A stretch of 63,021 nt of DNA, the filler included. It is 10 parts of 10 records of this genome, joined end to end, with 100 filler letters (N's around TTAATTAATTAA, not from the genome) between each part and the next. Parts side by side here need not be neighbours in the genome. Positions count along the whole stretch, not along the records: positions 1 to 6,500 come from SRR31156797_48285; positions 6,601 to 12,540 come from SRR31156797_48286; 8 more parts are not named here. One strand, given 5' to 3'. Below are positions 1-8,969 of the stretch, piece by piece. Under the pieces are notes generated by a model that was given only the letters and a program-made list of their open reading frames with translations, ran no database searches and was not told the origin of the DNA. The stretch's first letter is position 1. Each line of letters opens with the position of its first letter. The position numbers and the translations under genes are program-made.

Positions 1-2
1 AG

Positions 3-518
3 ATAAAGGGTATTGATTTCATAGCAAGGGCAGCAAACTCCAATAGAGTTGTCATTCAGAATGACATCTACCTCAAGAACGAAGGTGTGGACACCACCGA
101 GGATTATCGCATTCTTGTGAAGGCCAGGGAGATGGATGCGAGACTCATTGCAGACAAGACATGGACAAGTTCAGGAGAGATCGGACCTGAGGAGACCATC
201 ATCAGAGGTGTCAACCTGACAGTTCCTGACAACTACAATTACATTGTGGAGGTCAGCATCTGGGATGGCAACACTGTTGTCCAGACCGGCGAGGACTACG
301 TACAGCTCAACCCTGAGAAGGTGATTGACAGGGACGAGATCGTCCAGAACAAGAATGTCAATACCGCTGACTTTGTGGTGGAGGATGACTATGAGTGGTC
401 ATACGCTGAAGAAGCTGAATACGAGTACGCAGAAGAAGAGAGTCCCGGATTCACAGCAGCATTCATGGCAATATCACTGATAGTAGCACTATATATCATA
501 AGGAGGAGGTCACAATGA
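3..518 (+). CDS. PGF-CTERM (archaeosortase-type) surface protein, 5'-truncated
   Basis: Frame is open from base 3 (IKGIDFIAR...). C-terminus ESPGF + hydrophobic helix + RRR matches the PGF-CTERM sorting signal. Confidence 0.85.
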   Translation: MKGIDFIARAANSNRVVIQNDIYLKNEGVDTTEDYRILVKAREMDARLIADKTWTSSGEIGPEETIIRGVNLTVPDNYNYIVEVSIWDGNTVVQTGEDYVQLNPEKVIDRDEIVQNKNVNTADFVVEDDYEWSYAEEAEYEYAEEESPGFTAAFMAISLIVALYIIRRRSQ

Positions 519-826
519 ACGATGAAAAGAATATCGGGGAAACGAAAGACGAAGAGGTCACAGTTCCTCAGAAGGTGGATACAAAGCCGAAGAAAGAGAA
601 GAAAGAAAGGTCCAGTGAGGACTATTTCAGGACAGGGATGCTTCTGCTTGTAGGCATTGTCATCACACTTGCGACACTACAGTTATACTTCTCTGTTGAT
701 GAGATAATATACACATGGTTCGAATACCAGTACAGGCCAATCTTCCGGTCAGTGTACTACCTGTTCGTAATAGGTATCGGACTGTTCATCCTCAAGAGAT
801 ATCTGCTGACAAGGGAAAAGAAGTGA
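515..826 (+). CDS. small two-helix membrane protein, hypothetical
   Basis: AGGAGGT RBS; ATGA overlap with upstream gene; charged N-terminus then two hydrophobic segments; followed by T-rich tracts. Confidence 0.75.
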   Translation: MNDEKNIGETKDEEVTVPQKVDTKPKKEKKERSSEDYFRTGMLLLVGIVITLATLQLYFSVDEIIYTWFEYQYRPIFRSVYYLFVIGIGLFILKRYLLTREKK

Positions 827-1267
827 GTTCATCTTCTTTTCTATTTTCCACTTTTTTATCCTCATTTTTTAGGCTTTGTAGAAAAAGAGATGAAGGCAAT
901 ATCTTTTCATTCATCTTTTCGAATCGTGCTGGCTTCACCGGACCCTTCGGGATGGTTCAAGTTATCCATGACTTCCGATCAGTCAAACTTGTTGTTCCCT
1001 GCACCCTTGTGTTTCTGACAGCTCTACACAAAATCATTGATAAACAAAGAACAATGTAACCACCTGCCGCAGGCGGCACATTTCTTCACTACCGTCCTGA
1101 AGACTACTGAATAATGCAGTTATTAAAAATTGCTGGGTTCAAAGTTGCAATTAACCGGTTTTCTACAGAGACATGTTTGTGCAACAACACGTACTCAAAA
1201 CCTGTCACCAATTACTTATTCAATCGAAAGATATTCCGGTTATCCAGACAAGGAGAAAGGGAACCGC

Positions 1268-1975
1268 ATGAAAGAACTACCAGAATGGTGCTACAATGAG
1301 CTCCAGCAGATCGGAACCGATTACTCAAGCAGAGAAGAGATACTGAAATACGACAGGAAAATGGGAACTATCAGGAACATAGCCAGAGAAGCTGAGACCA
1401 TGATAAAGCTCATTGACATCCACCCAGAACACAGTATACTGGAGATCGGCTGCGGAACAGGTGAATTCTCCATCGAGCTTTCAAAATACTGCAAAAAAGT
1501 ACTTGCCCTTGATATCTCCCAGGGAATGCTTGACTTCGCCGGGGAGAAGGCAAAGGCAAGGGGCAGGGATAATGTTGATCTTGAGAAGGCAGGATTCCTG
1601 ACATTCGAAACCAATGGAAGGAAGTTCGATACAGTGGTAAGCCAGCTTGTATTGCATCACCTGCCTGATTTCTGGAAACTCACAGCTTTGAAGAACATCA
1701 ACTCCATGCTTAATGACGGCGGGAAGTTCTACCTGAAAGATGTTGTCTATTCAGCGGATACACCTGACTTTGACACCTTTTTCTCACAAACACTGCAGGG
1801 CCTCCCTCCTGAGGCAGGAGATGATATGAAAGATGATATCATACTTCACATCAAAGAGGAATTCTCAACCTTCGACTGGATAATGGAAGGACTCATCGAA
1901 AAGGCAGGTTTCAGAATAGAAGAGGCCACTTACAATAACGGGTTTATGGCAACCTATCTTTGCACTAAGCTTTGA
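1268..1975 (+). CDS. class I SAM-dependent methyltransferase
   Basis: ILEIGCGTG motif I, LDIS, FD..V...VLHHL. Start placed at ATG 1268 (MKELPEW) after a purine-rich RBS. Confidence 0.9.
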   Translation: MKELPEWCYNELQQIGTDYSSREEILKYDRKMGTIRNIAREAETMIKLIDIHPEHSILEIGCGTGEFSIELSKYCKKVLALDISQGMLDFAGEKAKARGRDNVDLEKAGFLTFETNGRKFDTVVSQLVLHHLPDFWKLTALKNINSMLNDGGKFYLKDVVYSADTPDFDTFFSQTLQGLPPEAGDDMKDDIILHIKEEFSTFDWIMEGLIEKAGFRIEEATYNNGFMATYLCTKL

Positions 1976-1978
1976 GCT

Positions 1979-2713
1979 TCACTCTGCACCTGAACTGAAG
2001 GAGTAGCTGATCACACCCTTCGGGCATGTGTCAACACATTCCCCGCAGAGGATGCATTCCGAATTCTCCATTTTCCTGCTGCGAACCATTGCATTGACAT
2101 CGAGACTCATTGGACATATCCGGCTGCACTTTCTGCAGTCGATACAACTATCGGAATCAGCTTTGAGCCTCAGGGAAGGAGACTTCAACATGTTCCTTAT
2201 CTTTCTTCCGATGACCATAAATGGTGCCATCCAGCAGATATAGTGGCATCCTGCTCTTTTTCCATATACCAGTGAAAGAACTGCCAGCACAGCTATTACC
2301 ACATAATAGACGATGAACTTCAGTGGATTGTCAATGGAGATAACATTCTCTGTATGGTAGAGGACATCAACAGTGTGCAGACCACCGGCTGAAGCTGCCA
2401 GAAAAGCGATGACCGATATCCAGATCACCCATATCACATATTTTATCAGGTCGAACCTTCCACCCCTTACATCCTTTCCGTTGACCTGTATCAACAGCGA
2501 CTGGCATCCCCCAGAGGGACAGAGCCATCCGCACCAAAGTCTGCCAACAAGAAGTGATGACAGGAAAAGTAATGAAAAGACAACCATACTTCCCGAGGCT
2601 ATTCCCTTTGATGCTGCTTCAACGATAATATAAGGAGAGAAATAGAAGATGGTGAGCGGGAACATAAAGAACGAAACTATGAGAAGTAATTTTCTGAATT
2701 CCTGCCTGTTCAA
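1979..2713 (-). CDS. membrane 4Fe-4S binding protein (NapH/MauN-like)
   Basis: GRLWCGWLCP and CHYICW motifs, TM helices, two CxxCxxCxxxCP ferredoxin motifs at the C-terminus. Confidence 0.88.
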   Translation of the reverse strand: MNRQEFRKLLLIVSFFMFPLTIFYFSPYIIVEAASKGIASGSMVVFSLLFLSSLLVGRLWCGWLCPSGGCQSLLIQVNGKDVRGGRFDLIKYVIWVIWISVIAFLAASAGGLHTVDVLYHTENVISIDNPLKFIVYYVVIAVLAVLSLVYGKRAGCHYICWMAPFMVIGRKIRNMLKSPSLRLKADSDSCIDCRKCSRICPMSLDVNAMVRSRKMENSECILCGECVDTCPKGVISYSFSSGAE

Positions 2714-2797
2714 GTATCTTCACCTGCCGTAACGAACTCTATTATCTATTTTCCAGATAGATGGCATCAAATTTAAAGAGAATTGATGAAAGGGGGC

Positions 2798-2805
2798 TTT
2801 TATAT
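2798..2805 (+). promoter_or_regulatory. archaeal TATA box upstream of U32 gene
   Basis: TTTATATA about 27 nt upstream of ATG 2832, preceded by a purine-rich tract. Confidence 0.45.
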
Positions 2806-2831
2806 ACTCTGACCTCATCTGAGCGATTATC

Positions 2832-5321
2832 ATGCCTAATAGTCCTGAACTTCTAGCCCCTGCCGGAAACATGGAATCGCTCATAGCTGCCGTAGAAAGC
2901 GGTGCAGATGCAGTATACCTTGGAATCAAGGATTTCAGTGCCAGGGCATATGCAGGAAATTTCACCATAGAGGAATTCAGGGAAGCGCTCGACTTCGCTC
3001 ACCTGAGAGATGTCAAGGTCTATGTCACCCTGAACACACTCATCAAGGACAGCGAGATGGAGAAAGCACTCAAACTCATGTACACCCTCGATGAACTGGG
3101 GACCGAGGGCATCATCGTACAGGACATGGGATTGCTCTCACTTGCAAGGGAAATGGTACCCACACTACCGGTGCATGCAAGCACCCAGATGACGATACAC
3201 AATACCGAGGGCATCGAGCTCCTGAAAGAGATGGGCGCGAAAAGGATAGTTCTCGCAAGGGAGCTCTCGCTTGAAGAGATCAACAGGATAAAAACCGAAA
3301 CCGGTGCAGAGATAGAGGCATTCGTTCACGGCGCGCTCTGTATCTGTTATTCAGGTCAGTGCCTCATGAGCAGCATGATAGGCGGCAGAAGCGGGAACCG
3401 TGGACACTGTGCCCAGCCATGCCGCAAGCAATACAGATTACTGAGAGACGGGAAGGAGATCAAGACCGAAGGAAGCTACCTTCTCAGTCCTAAAGACCTG
3501 AACACATCCGAGATACTGCCCAAACTTATAGAAGCTGGTATCGATTCATTCAAAATCGAAGGTCGCATGAAGCGTCCTGAATACGTTGCAGGGGTTGTGA
3601 GGATATACCGTCGCCTGATAGACAGGTTTACAGAAGACCCTGATAACTATTCTGTGACAAAGGAAGAAAGAACCGAGCTTGAACAGCTCTTCAATCGTGA
3701 GTTCACAACCGGGTACTTTGAAGGCGATCCTGCCAGCGATCTGATGAGCCAGGAAAGACCGCACAATCAGGGGATTATGGTCGGCGAAGTGACAGGATAC
3801 AACAACAAATTCAAAAGAATGGAGATCACACTTACCGGAGAGCTAGAAGTAGGGGATGGAATTGGTTTTGAAGGTAAAGCTGACTCCGGTACGATCATCA
3901 GGGGAATCTACATAGGGAACAGTCTGGAGAAAAAGGCAGGCAAGGGAGATGTCATTACTATCAATTTTGACGAGCCACCAAAGAATGGCACTGTCGTTTA
4001 CAGGACACTTGATGATTCCCTCATGAAAGAATTGCAGGCTTCGTACAATTCTCCTTCACCCATACGCAAGGTCCCTGCCTCCATCGACCTTAAGGCTCGT
4101 ATCGGAGAGAGAATGGAACTCTCAGTTTCAGATAATGACAACAATACCTCAACTGTGATCTCAGATTATGTTGTGGAGAAGTCACAAAAAAGACCGACGA
4201 CCCTAGAGAATGTAGAAAAGCAACTTTCCAAAACGGGGAACACTGTCTTTGAACCCGAAGAGATGAATATCGACCTTTCTGATGATGCGTTCATACCTAT
4301 TAAGGAACTGAACAACGCAAGGACCGAAGCACTATCAGAACTTGAGAGAAAGAGGATCGAGCGCTGGAGAAGAGCACCGCACATTGGAGAAGCTGATAAG
4401 GATGCTACCTCACCTGAGGAAGAAAAGGCCCGACCTGTCCCGGAAGAGAGAACAAAGCTCTCTGTAAGTGTCAGCAGTCCTGATGCCATCATGTCCGCGA
4501 TCAAAGGCGGAGCAGATATCGTATATATAGACACTGAAAAGACAGGTCTTCAGAATGGAAGTTGGAAACCTGCCCTAGCAATCGCTTCAGAAAAGAACGT
4601 TTCCGTTTACCTTCATACACCGATAATTGTAAAGGATGCGGAAATGAACAGAGTCAGGGAGACGATAGCATTTGCAAAAGAGAATGACTTTGCGGGAATT
4701 GTAGCCGCCAATGAAGGGGTTTTCAAAATTCTTGTAGATTTGCCTGAAACCGGGATGAAGATCGTAACTGACAGTTCCATGAATGTGTTCAACCGGCATA
4801 CCCTTGAGTTCCTTATCGAAAAAGGAGCCGACACCGTTTCCCTGTCAACTGAAATGAATCTCGGACAGATCACAGAGATAACCAAGTATGGTAATTGCGA
4901 ATACATCATCCACGGCAACATACAGATCATGGAATCCGAGCACTGCCTTATCGGAGGAGTCATGGGACAGAAAGACCATTCTGGCTTTAAGTGTGGTTCC
5001 CAGTGCAAAAACGGCAGTTTTGAGATAGTGGATGAGAAGGGGTTCGGGTTCCCTGTTAGTACGGATCCCGATTGCAGGACGCATATATTCAATTCAAGAG
5101 AACTGTGTTTGCTGGAAGATGTACCCCAGCTTATCAAATCAGGAGTTTCAAGGCTCAGGATAGATGCAAGGACACTGGAAGATGACCGTGTTGACATGAT
5201 CACCCGCGCTTACCGTACCGGAATAGATGCCTGCTACAGCGGAAATACAAAGCATCTCTGGCAGGGCAGCGACATATGTGAGTTCCACACAAGAGGACAC
5301 TACCACAGAGGAGTACAATGA
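2832..5321 (+). CDS. long U32-family protein (RlhA-like architecture, DUF3656-type C-terminal region)
   Basis: PELLAPAG, GADAVYLG, HASTQ, EAFVHGALCICYSGQC...RGHCAQPCR, LSPKDL, KIEGRMK; 829 aa. Confidence 0.9.
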   Translation: MPNSPELLAPAGNMESLIAAVESGADAVYLGIKDFSARAYAGNFTIEEFREALDFAHLRDVKVYVTLNTLIKDSEMEKALKLMYTLDELGTEGIIVQDMGLLSLAREMVPTLPVHASTQMTIHNTEGIELLKEMGAKRIVLARELSLEEINRIKTETGAEIEAFVHGALCICYSGQCLMSSMIGGRSGNRGHCAQPCRKQYRLLRDGKEIKTEGSYLLSPKDLNTSEILPKLIEAGIDSFKIEGRMKRPEYVAGVVRIYRRLIDRFTEDPDNYSVTKEERTELEQLFNREFTTGYFEGDPASDLMSQERPHNQGIMVGEVTGYNNKFKRMEITLTGELEVGDGIGFEGKADSGTIIRGIYIGNSLEKKAGKGDVITINFDEPPKNGTVVYRTLDDSLMKELQASYNSPSPIRKVPASIDLKARIGERMELSVSDNDNNTSTVISDYVVEKSQKRPTTLENVEKQLSKTGNTVFEPEEMNIDLSDDAFIPIKELNNARTEALSELERKRIERWRRAPHIGEADKDATSPEEEKARPVPEERTKLSVSVSSPDAIMSAIKGGADIVYIDTEKTGLQNGSWKPALAIASEKNVSVYLHTPIIVKDAEMNRVRETIAFAKENDFAGIVAANEGVFKILVDLPETGMKIVTDSSMNVFNRHTLEFLIEKGADTVSLSTEMNLGQITEITKYGNCEYIIHGNIQIMESEHCLIGGVMGQKDHSGFKCGSQCKNGSFEIVDEKGFGFPVSTDPDCRTHIFNSRELCLLEDVPQLIKSGVSRLRIDARTLEDDRVDMITRAYRTGIDACYSGNTKHLWQGSDICEFHTRGHYHRGVQ

Positions 5322-5737
5322 ACGTATTCCTTTCAGCATCCATAAGAGGTGGCAGGCAGATGCTGCCCAACTATATCGATATGTGTGAGTACATTCAGGA
5401 GAGCGGACATCAGGTGACCAGCTGGCATGTGGCTGACCCTGAACTTGAGAAGACGGAATCCCTGCTGACAGAGCAGGAGATATACACACGGGACATGGAA
5501 TTCCTTGAAAAGAGCGACTGTGTTATCGCAGAAGTAAGCACAGCTTCCATAGGTGTTGGTTATGAGGTATGCAGCGCATTGCACAGAAATATGCCGGTAC
5601 TCTGTCTGCATGTGCCTGAGGCAAATGTCTCTGCAATGATACGGGGGGATGAGAGAATCATCTGCAAAGAGTATGACAGCATCGACACGATGAAAAAAGA
5701 GATAGATGAGTTCCTGAACTCTGTCAACAAACCTTAA
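5318..5737 (+). CDS. nucleoside 2-deoxyribosyltransferase / RCL(DNPH1)-like nucleotide N-hydrolase
   Basis: SIRGGR, IY.RD..FL..SD.VIAEVS..S.GVGYE, SAMI.G motifs. Confidence 0.85.
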   Translation: MNVFLSASIRGGRQMLPNYIDMCEYIQESGHQVTSWHVADPELEKTESLLTEQEIYTRDMEFLEKSDCVIAEVSTASIGVGYEVCSALHRNMPVLCLHVPEANVSAMIRGDERIICKEYDSIDTMKKEIDEFLNSVNKP

Positions 5738-5778
5738 TTTTTTAGCAAACATTAAATACATATCATAGCAATATAAAA

Positions 5779-6033
5779 ATGGTGACTATGGTAACTGAAA
5801 TTATAATCCTCATTGTAGCCATTATAGCTGCAATTATCCTATGGAAAGTGCTTAAGACTGTAAAGAATATGGTCATTAACACAGTTGTCGGACTTATCGT
5901 ACTTGTCCTGGCAAATCTTGTGTTGGGTCTGGAAATCGCTTATACCTGGGTAGTAATACTGATCTGCGCAATTGCAGGAGTTATAGGTGCACTGCTAATT
6001 ATAGTGCTGAACTATCTTGGAATTGCATTCTAA
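5779..6033 (+). CDS. BofA-like small membrane protein
   Basis: 84 aa, three hydrophobic helices, INTVVGL and AIAGVIG pattern typical of archaeal BofA-family proteins. Confidence 0.7.
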   Translation: MVTMVTEIIILIVAIIAAIILWKVLKTVKNMVINTVVGLIVLVLANLVLGLEIAYTWVVILICAIAGVIGALLIIVLNYLGIAF

Positions 6034-6500
6034 AGACGGGCTATTGCCCTTATCTGGTGGCGCCTGTGTGGTTTGCCACTGAACATTTTTTCAGAAACTA
6101 TATCTTTTATCTCTATTACCTCGAATCCCAAAAGCAGTGATGCTATCTCTTCCTGTGTGAAATAGTGATATATGATACCGCTTTTCCTGCGGAATGTGTC
6201 CTTTTCTATTGGCTCTCCGCCATACCTCATATCTTCGGTACCGAAGACCTCCAGCACAAGGACAGCACCATCTGCCATAACTCTCTTTATCTCACTTATT
6301 GCGGCCTTCCTTTCATCTTCCAGCAGGTGCTGAAACACTCCAAGACAGAGGATAACATCAAAGGATTTCTCAGAAAAGGGAAGCGAGGTTATACTAGAAA
6401 CAAGGCATTCTGCCTGCGAGTTGTTCTTAAAAAGATATGAATGAGCCCTGTGGACCGCTGTTGCTGATACATCGGTGCCAATTGACTCGTATTTTCTGGA
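6030..6500 (-). CDS. class I SAM-dependent methyltransferase, 5'-truncated
   Basis: Frame is open to the contig edge: GTDVS...LPFSEKSFDVILCLGVFQHL. Confidence 0.85.
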   Translation of the reverse strand, partial: SRKYESIGTDVSATAVHRAHSYLFKNNSQAECLVSSITSLPFSEKSFDVILCLGVFQHLLEDERKAAISEIKRVMADGAVLVLEVFGTEDMRYGGEPIEKDTFRRKSGIIYHYFTQEEIASLLLGFEVIEIKDIVSEKMFSGKPHRRHQIRAIARL

Positions 6501-6600
6501 NNNNNNNNNNNNNNNNNNNNNNNNNNNNNNNNNNNNNNNNNNNNTTAATTAATTAANNNNNNNNNNNNNNNNNNNNNNNNNNNNNNNNNNNNNNNNNNNN
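6501..6600. other. artificial contig spacer
   Basis: 44 N + TTAATTAATTAA + 44 N (stops in all frames). Confidence 0.98.
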
Positions 6601-8026
6601 CCAACAAGGCCAAGGGGCCTTTTTCCCCTTCTTTCAAAAGGCGTTCAATAAAATCTTTTTTCTGCACGTGAGCCCGCACGGCCAGATCGATGTTTTTCTT
6701 AATTAAATCCATTAACCTGGTGTCGTCGCCGTCGGCTAAAAAGGCCAGGCGAGGCAGGTTGATGGTTACGTTCTGCAAGGCGCTGTATCTCATCCGCCAG
6801 GGCGTTTTGGCGTCTTCAAGGTCGCTCTGTTCCAGTTTGAATGACAAGCGGCAGCATTCTGAAATTTTAGCCGTGCCTCCACGGTCAAACACGAAATAAG
6901 TGTTGCCTTTTTCAGCAGCCACACGGCTGATCAGTTCCAGATATTCCTGGTGACCCGGAGTTTTGAAAAACTTTTCCGTAATGTGGACGAGAGGCTTGGG
7001 GAAAAAGAAAGGCCTGCCCGATCCGTCTCCTTCCAGATAAACCTCAAAAAGAGCCCAAACAAAGCGTTGCGCTTCCTTTTCAAAATCGGAATAAGTCAGG
7101 AATTCCTTATCTCCGTATTTTTCCGGATCCGGATTGGGTATATAGTCTCCACCCGGACCAATGGCCTTTACATCGGCAAAATGGTCCGGCACTTCCCAAT
7201 AAAGGTTGATATCGGAAAATATGGCCTGTCCGCCCCTGGCAACAGCCTGTTGCGAGAATTCAAAAATCAGCATCTGGGCCAACTGCCTGACCTGGCGGTC
7301 GTCAAGGTTAACCATGTAGGGAGCGAAGAAAAGATTGACCGCATCCCACCCGATGGCGCCCGCGAAATTGGATTGCAGAGCAGCGGCGAATTTAACCATG
7401 TGAGCCAACAGAACTTCCGCGTGTTTGGCCGGCTTGGCCAGGGAAAGAGCATTGGGAAGAGACAGACCGAATTTTTTTATATATTCCAGTGATTGACCCG
7501 AACAATAAGGCCTGTCGATAAAGCCCAGGTCGTGGAGGTGAATATCGCCGAGCATGTGTGCGTCGCCGATATCCTGGTCGAAAACATTCAGGAAAGCGAA
7601 TTCCTTTTTAATAGTTTCCGCAAGAGTAAGATTGGTGGCTTCCGGGCCGTGAGGTATATTGGCGTTTTCCTTGTTCTGCTGCAGGATAAGCTGTTCCACG
7701 TCATAAATGGGCATTCCGAGCCGCGTGTGCTGACGGCGAATGTCCTCAAGTCCGAATTCGACAAGCTTGGCGTTAACCAGTTCGCGAATCAAAGGCGCTG
7801 ATACAAATTTAATATTGAATTGCCGTATGGCTTCCTCGATCTCGCAACCGATACGGTCGGCCGTGTCCGTATCGATCATGGTTTCTTTCAATAATGCATT
7901 TACTATTTTCCTACGATCCCAACCTTGCAGAGCTTCCTCGGACGAGCGGACAAAAAGCGCCATATCCGTGGCGTCCGGAGCAACCGAATTGTTAACGCTG
8001 GACTTAACTTCCTGCAGAATAGCCAT
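6601..8026 (-). CDS. nrdD: anaerobic (class III) ribonucleoside-triphosphate reductase, 3'-truncated
   Basis: N-terminal ATP-cone-like region, ENAN..HGPE, AH..GDIHLHDL, RPYC, FPKP, SECCRL, TINLPR. Confidence 0.93.
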
Positions 8027-8249
8027 TAATCACCTCATAACGGCATAAAAAGCCGCCGGCTTTAGATGTGGATATTAAATTTTAAATATAAATTTTAAAC
8101 GGCGCTAGACCGTTAAGTTACTCATAACCACAACATTCTGAAAAAAACATCCCCTGCTTCAGCAGAATGCCGTTGAATTAAAAAGCTAGATGTAATATGC
8201 TGGTAAACCCATCACCGCACTACCAAGACAGTGGATCCCACACTTACTA

Positions 8250-8297
8250 AGGGCATATCTTGTGGTGTGTCTCAGTATGAAACACAATATATGCCGC
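8250..8297. promoter_or_regulatory. pair of NrdR-box-like sites
   Basis: AGGGCATATCTTGTGG (8250-8265) and ACACAATATATGCCGC (8282-8297) are 32 bp apart, inverted relative to each other, and lie upstream of nrdD. Confidence 0.7.
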
Positions 8298-8969
8298 CCC
8301 AGCGGATCTGTCAATTAAAAATTGGCTTTTGTTAAAGTTTTTTTTCATGTTTTTTTTTGCTGTTTCTTCATTTTTTAATTATATTAAGTTGTTATTAATT
8401 ATGTATACTTGATTCGTTTTTTGCTGATATTATAGTCTTTATAACCCAAATAATTTAATTTCGCCAATCAATCGCCTAATAACTGTATAAATAGCTGTTG
8501 TTGCGGTAAATTTAAGATAAATAAAATATGCCTCCAACGTCGGGCTCAAAACCACGCCATTTGTAAAACAAGAAAAGCAGGCCATATGAACCTTGTCAGC
8601 CATAAGGATATTAAATGTCAAATCAGGATTTTACGACACTCGAGAATTTGTTTTTCAAATCTTGAATACAATTAAGCAAAAAAACAGTAACTAATGTCAG
8701 AATTTTGCGGCTGGAAAGCACATTGGACGTTACGCCAACTTGAGGACACCCAAAAATCTGGTCAGAATATAATCGGCTTGTTCACAAAAGGCAATCGAGC
8801 AAAGCTGACATAACAAAATGAAGATTTAAATAGGTAGACTGGTCGGCAAGCTTGCCATTATGGCCTAGGGCGCCTATATTAATCTAAGTTTGTTTTTTGA
8901 TAAACTTGATGTTCGGCGCCACCTGCCGACTTTTTTATAATATTAACGAATACAAACGGAGCAGCCGTC

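Noticed and set aside
715-1267. ORFs 715-1059 and 1114-1299, and the upstream extension of the methyltransferase
   Set aside because: They run through T-rich terminator-like sequence and lack motifs. Small hairpins here were too weak to call an RNA.
6030-6032. TAG stop as possible pyrrolysine readthrough
   Set aside because: Falls at the natural end of the methyltransferase fold; readthrough would run antisense into the neighbouring gene.
8840-8856. Possible sigma-54 promoter upstream of the M16 protease
   Set aside because: GG-to-GC spacing is 11, not the required 10.
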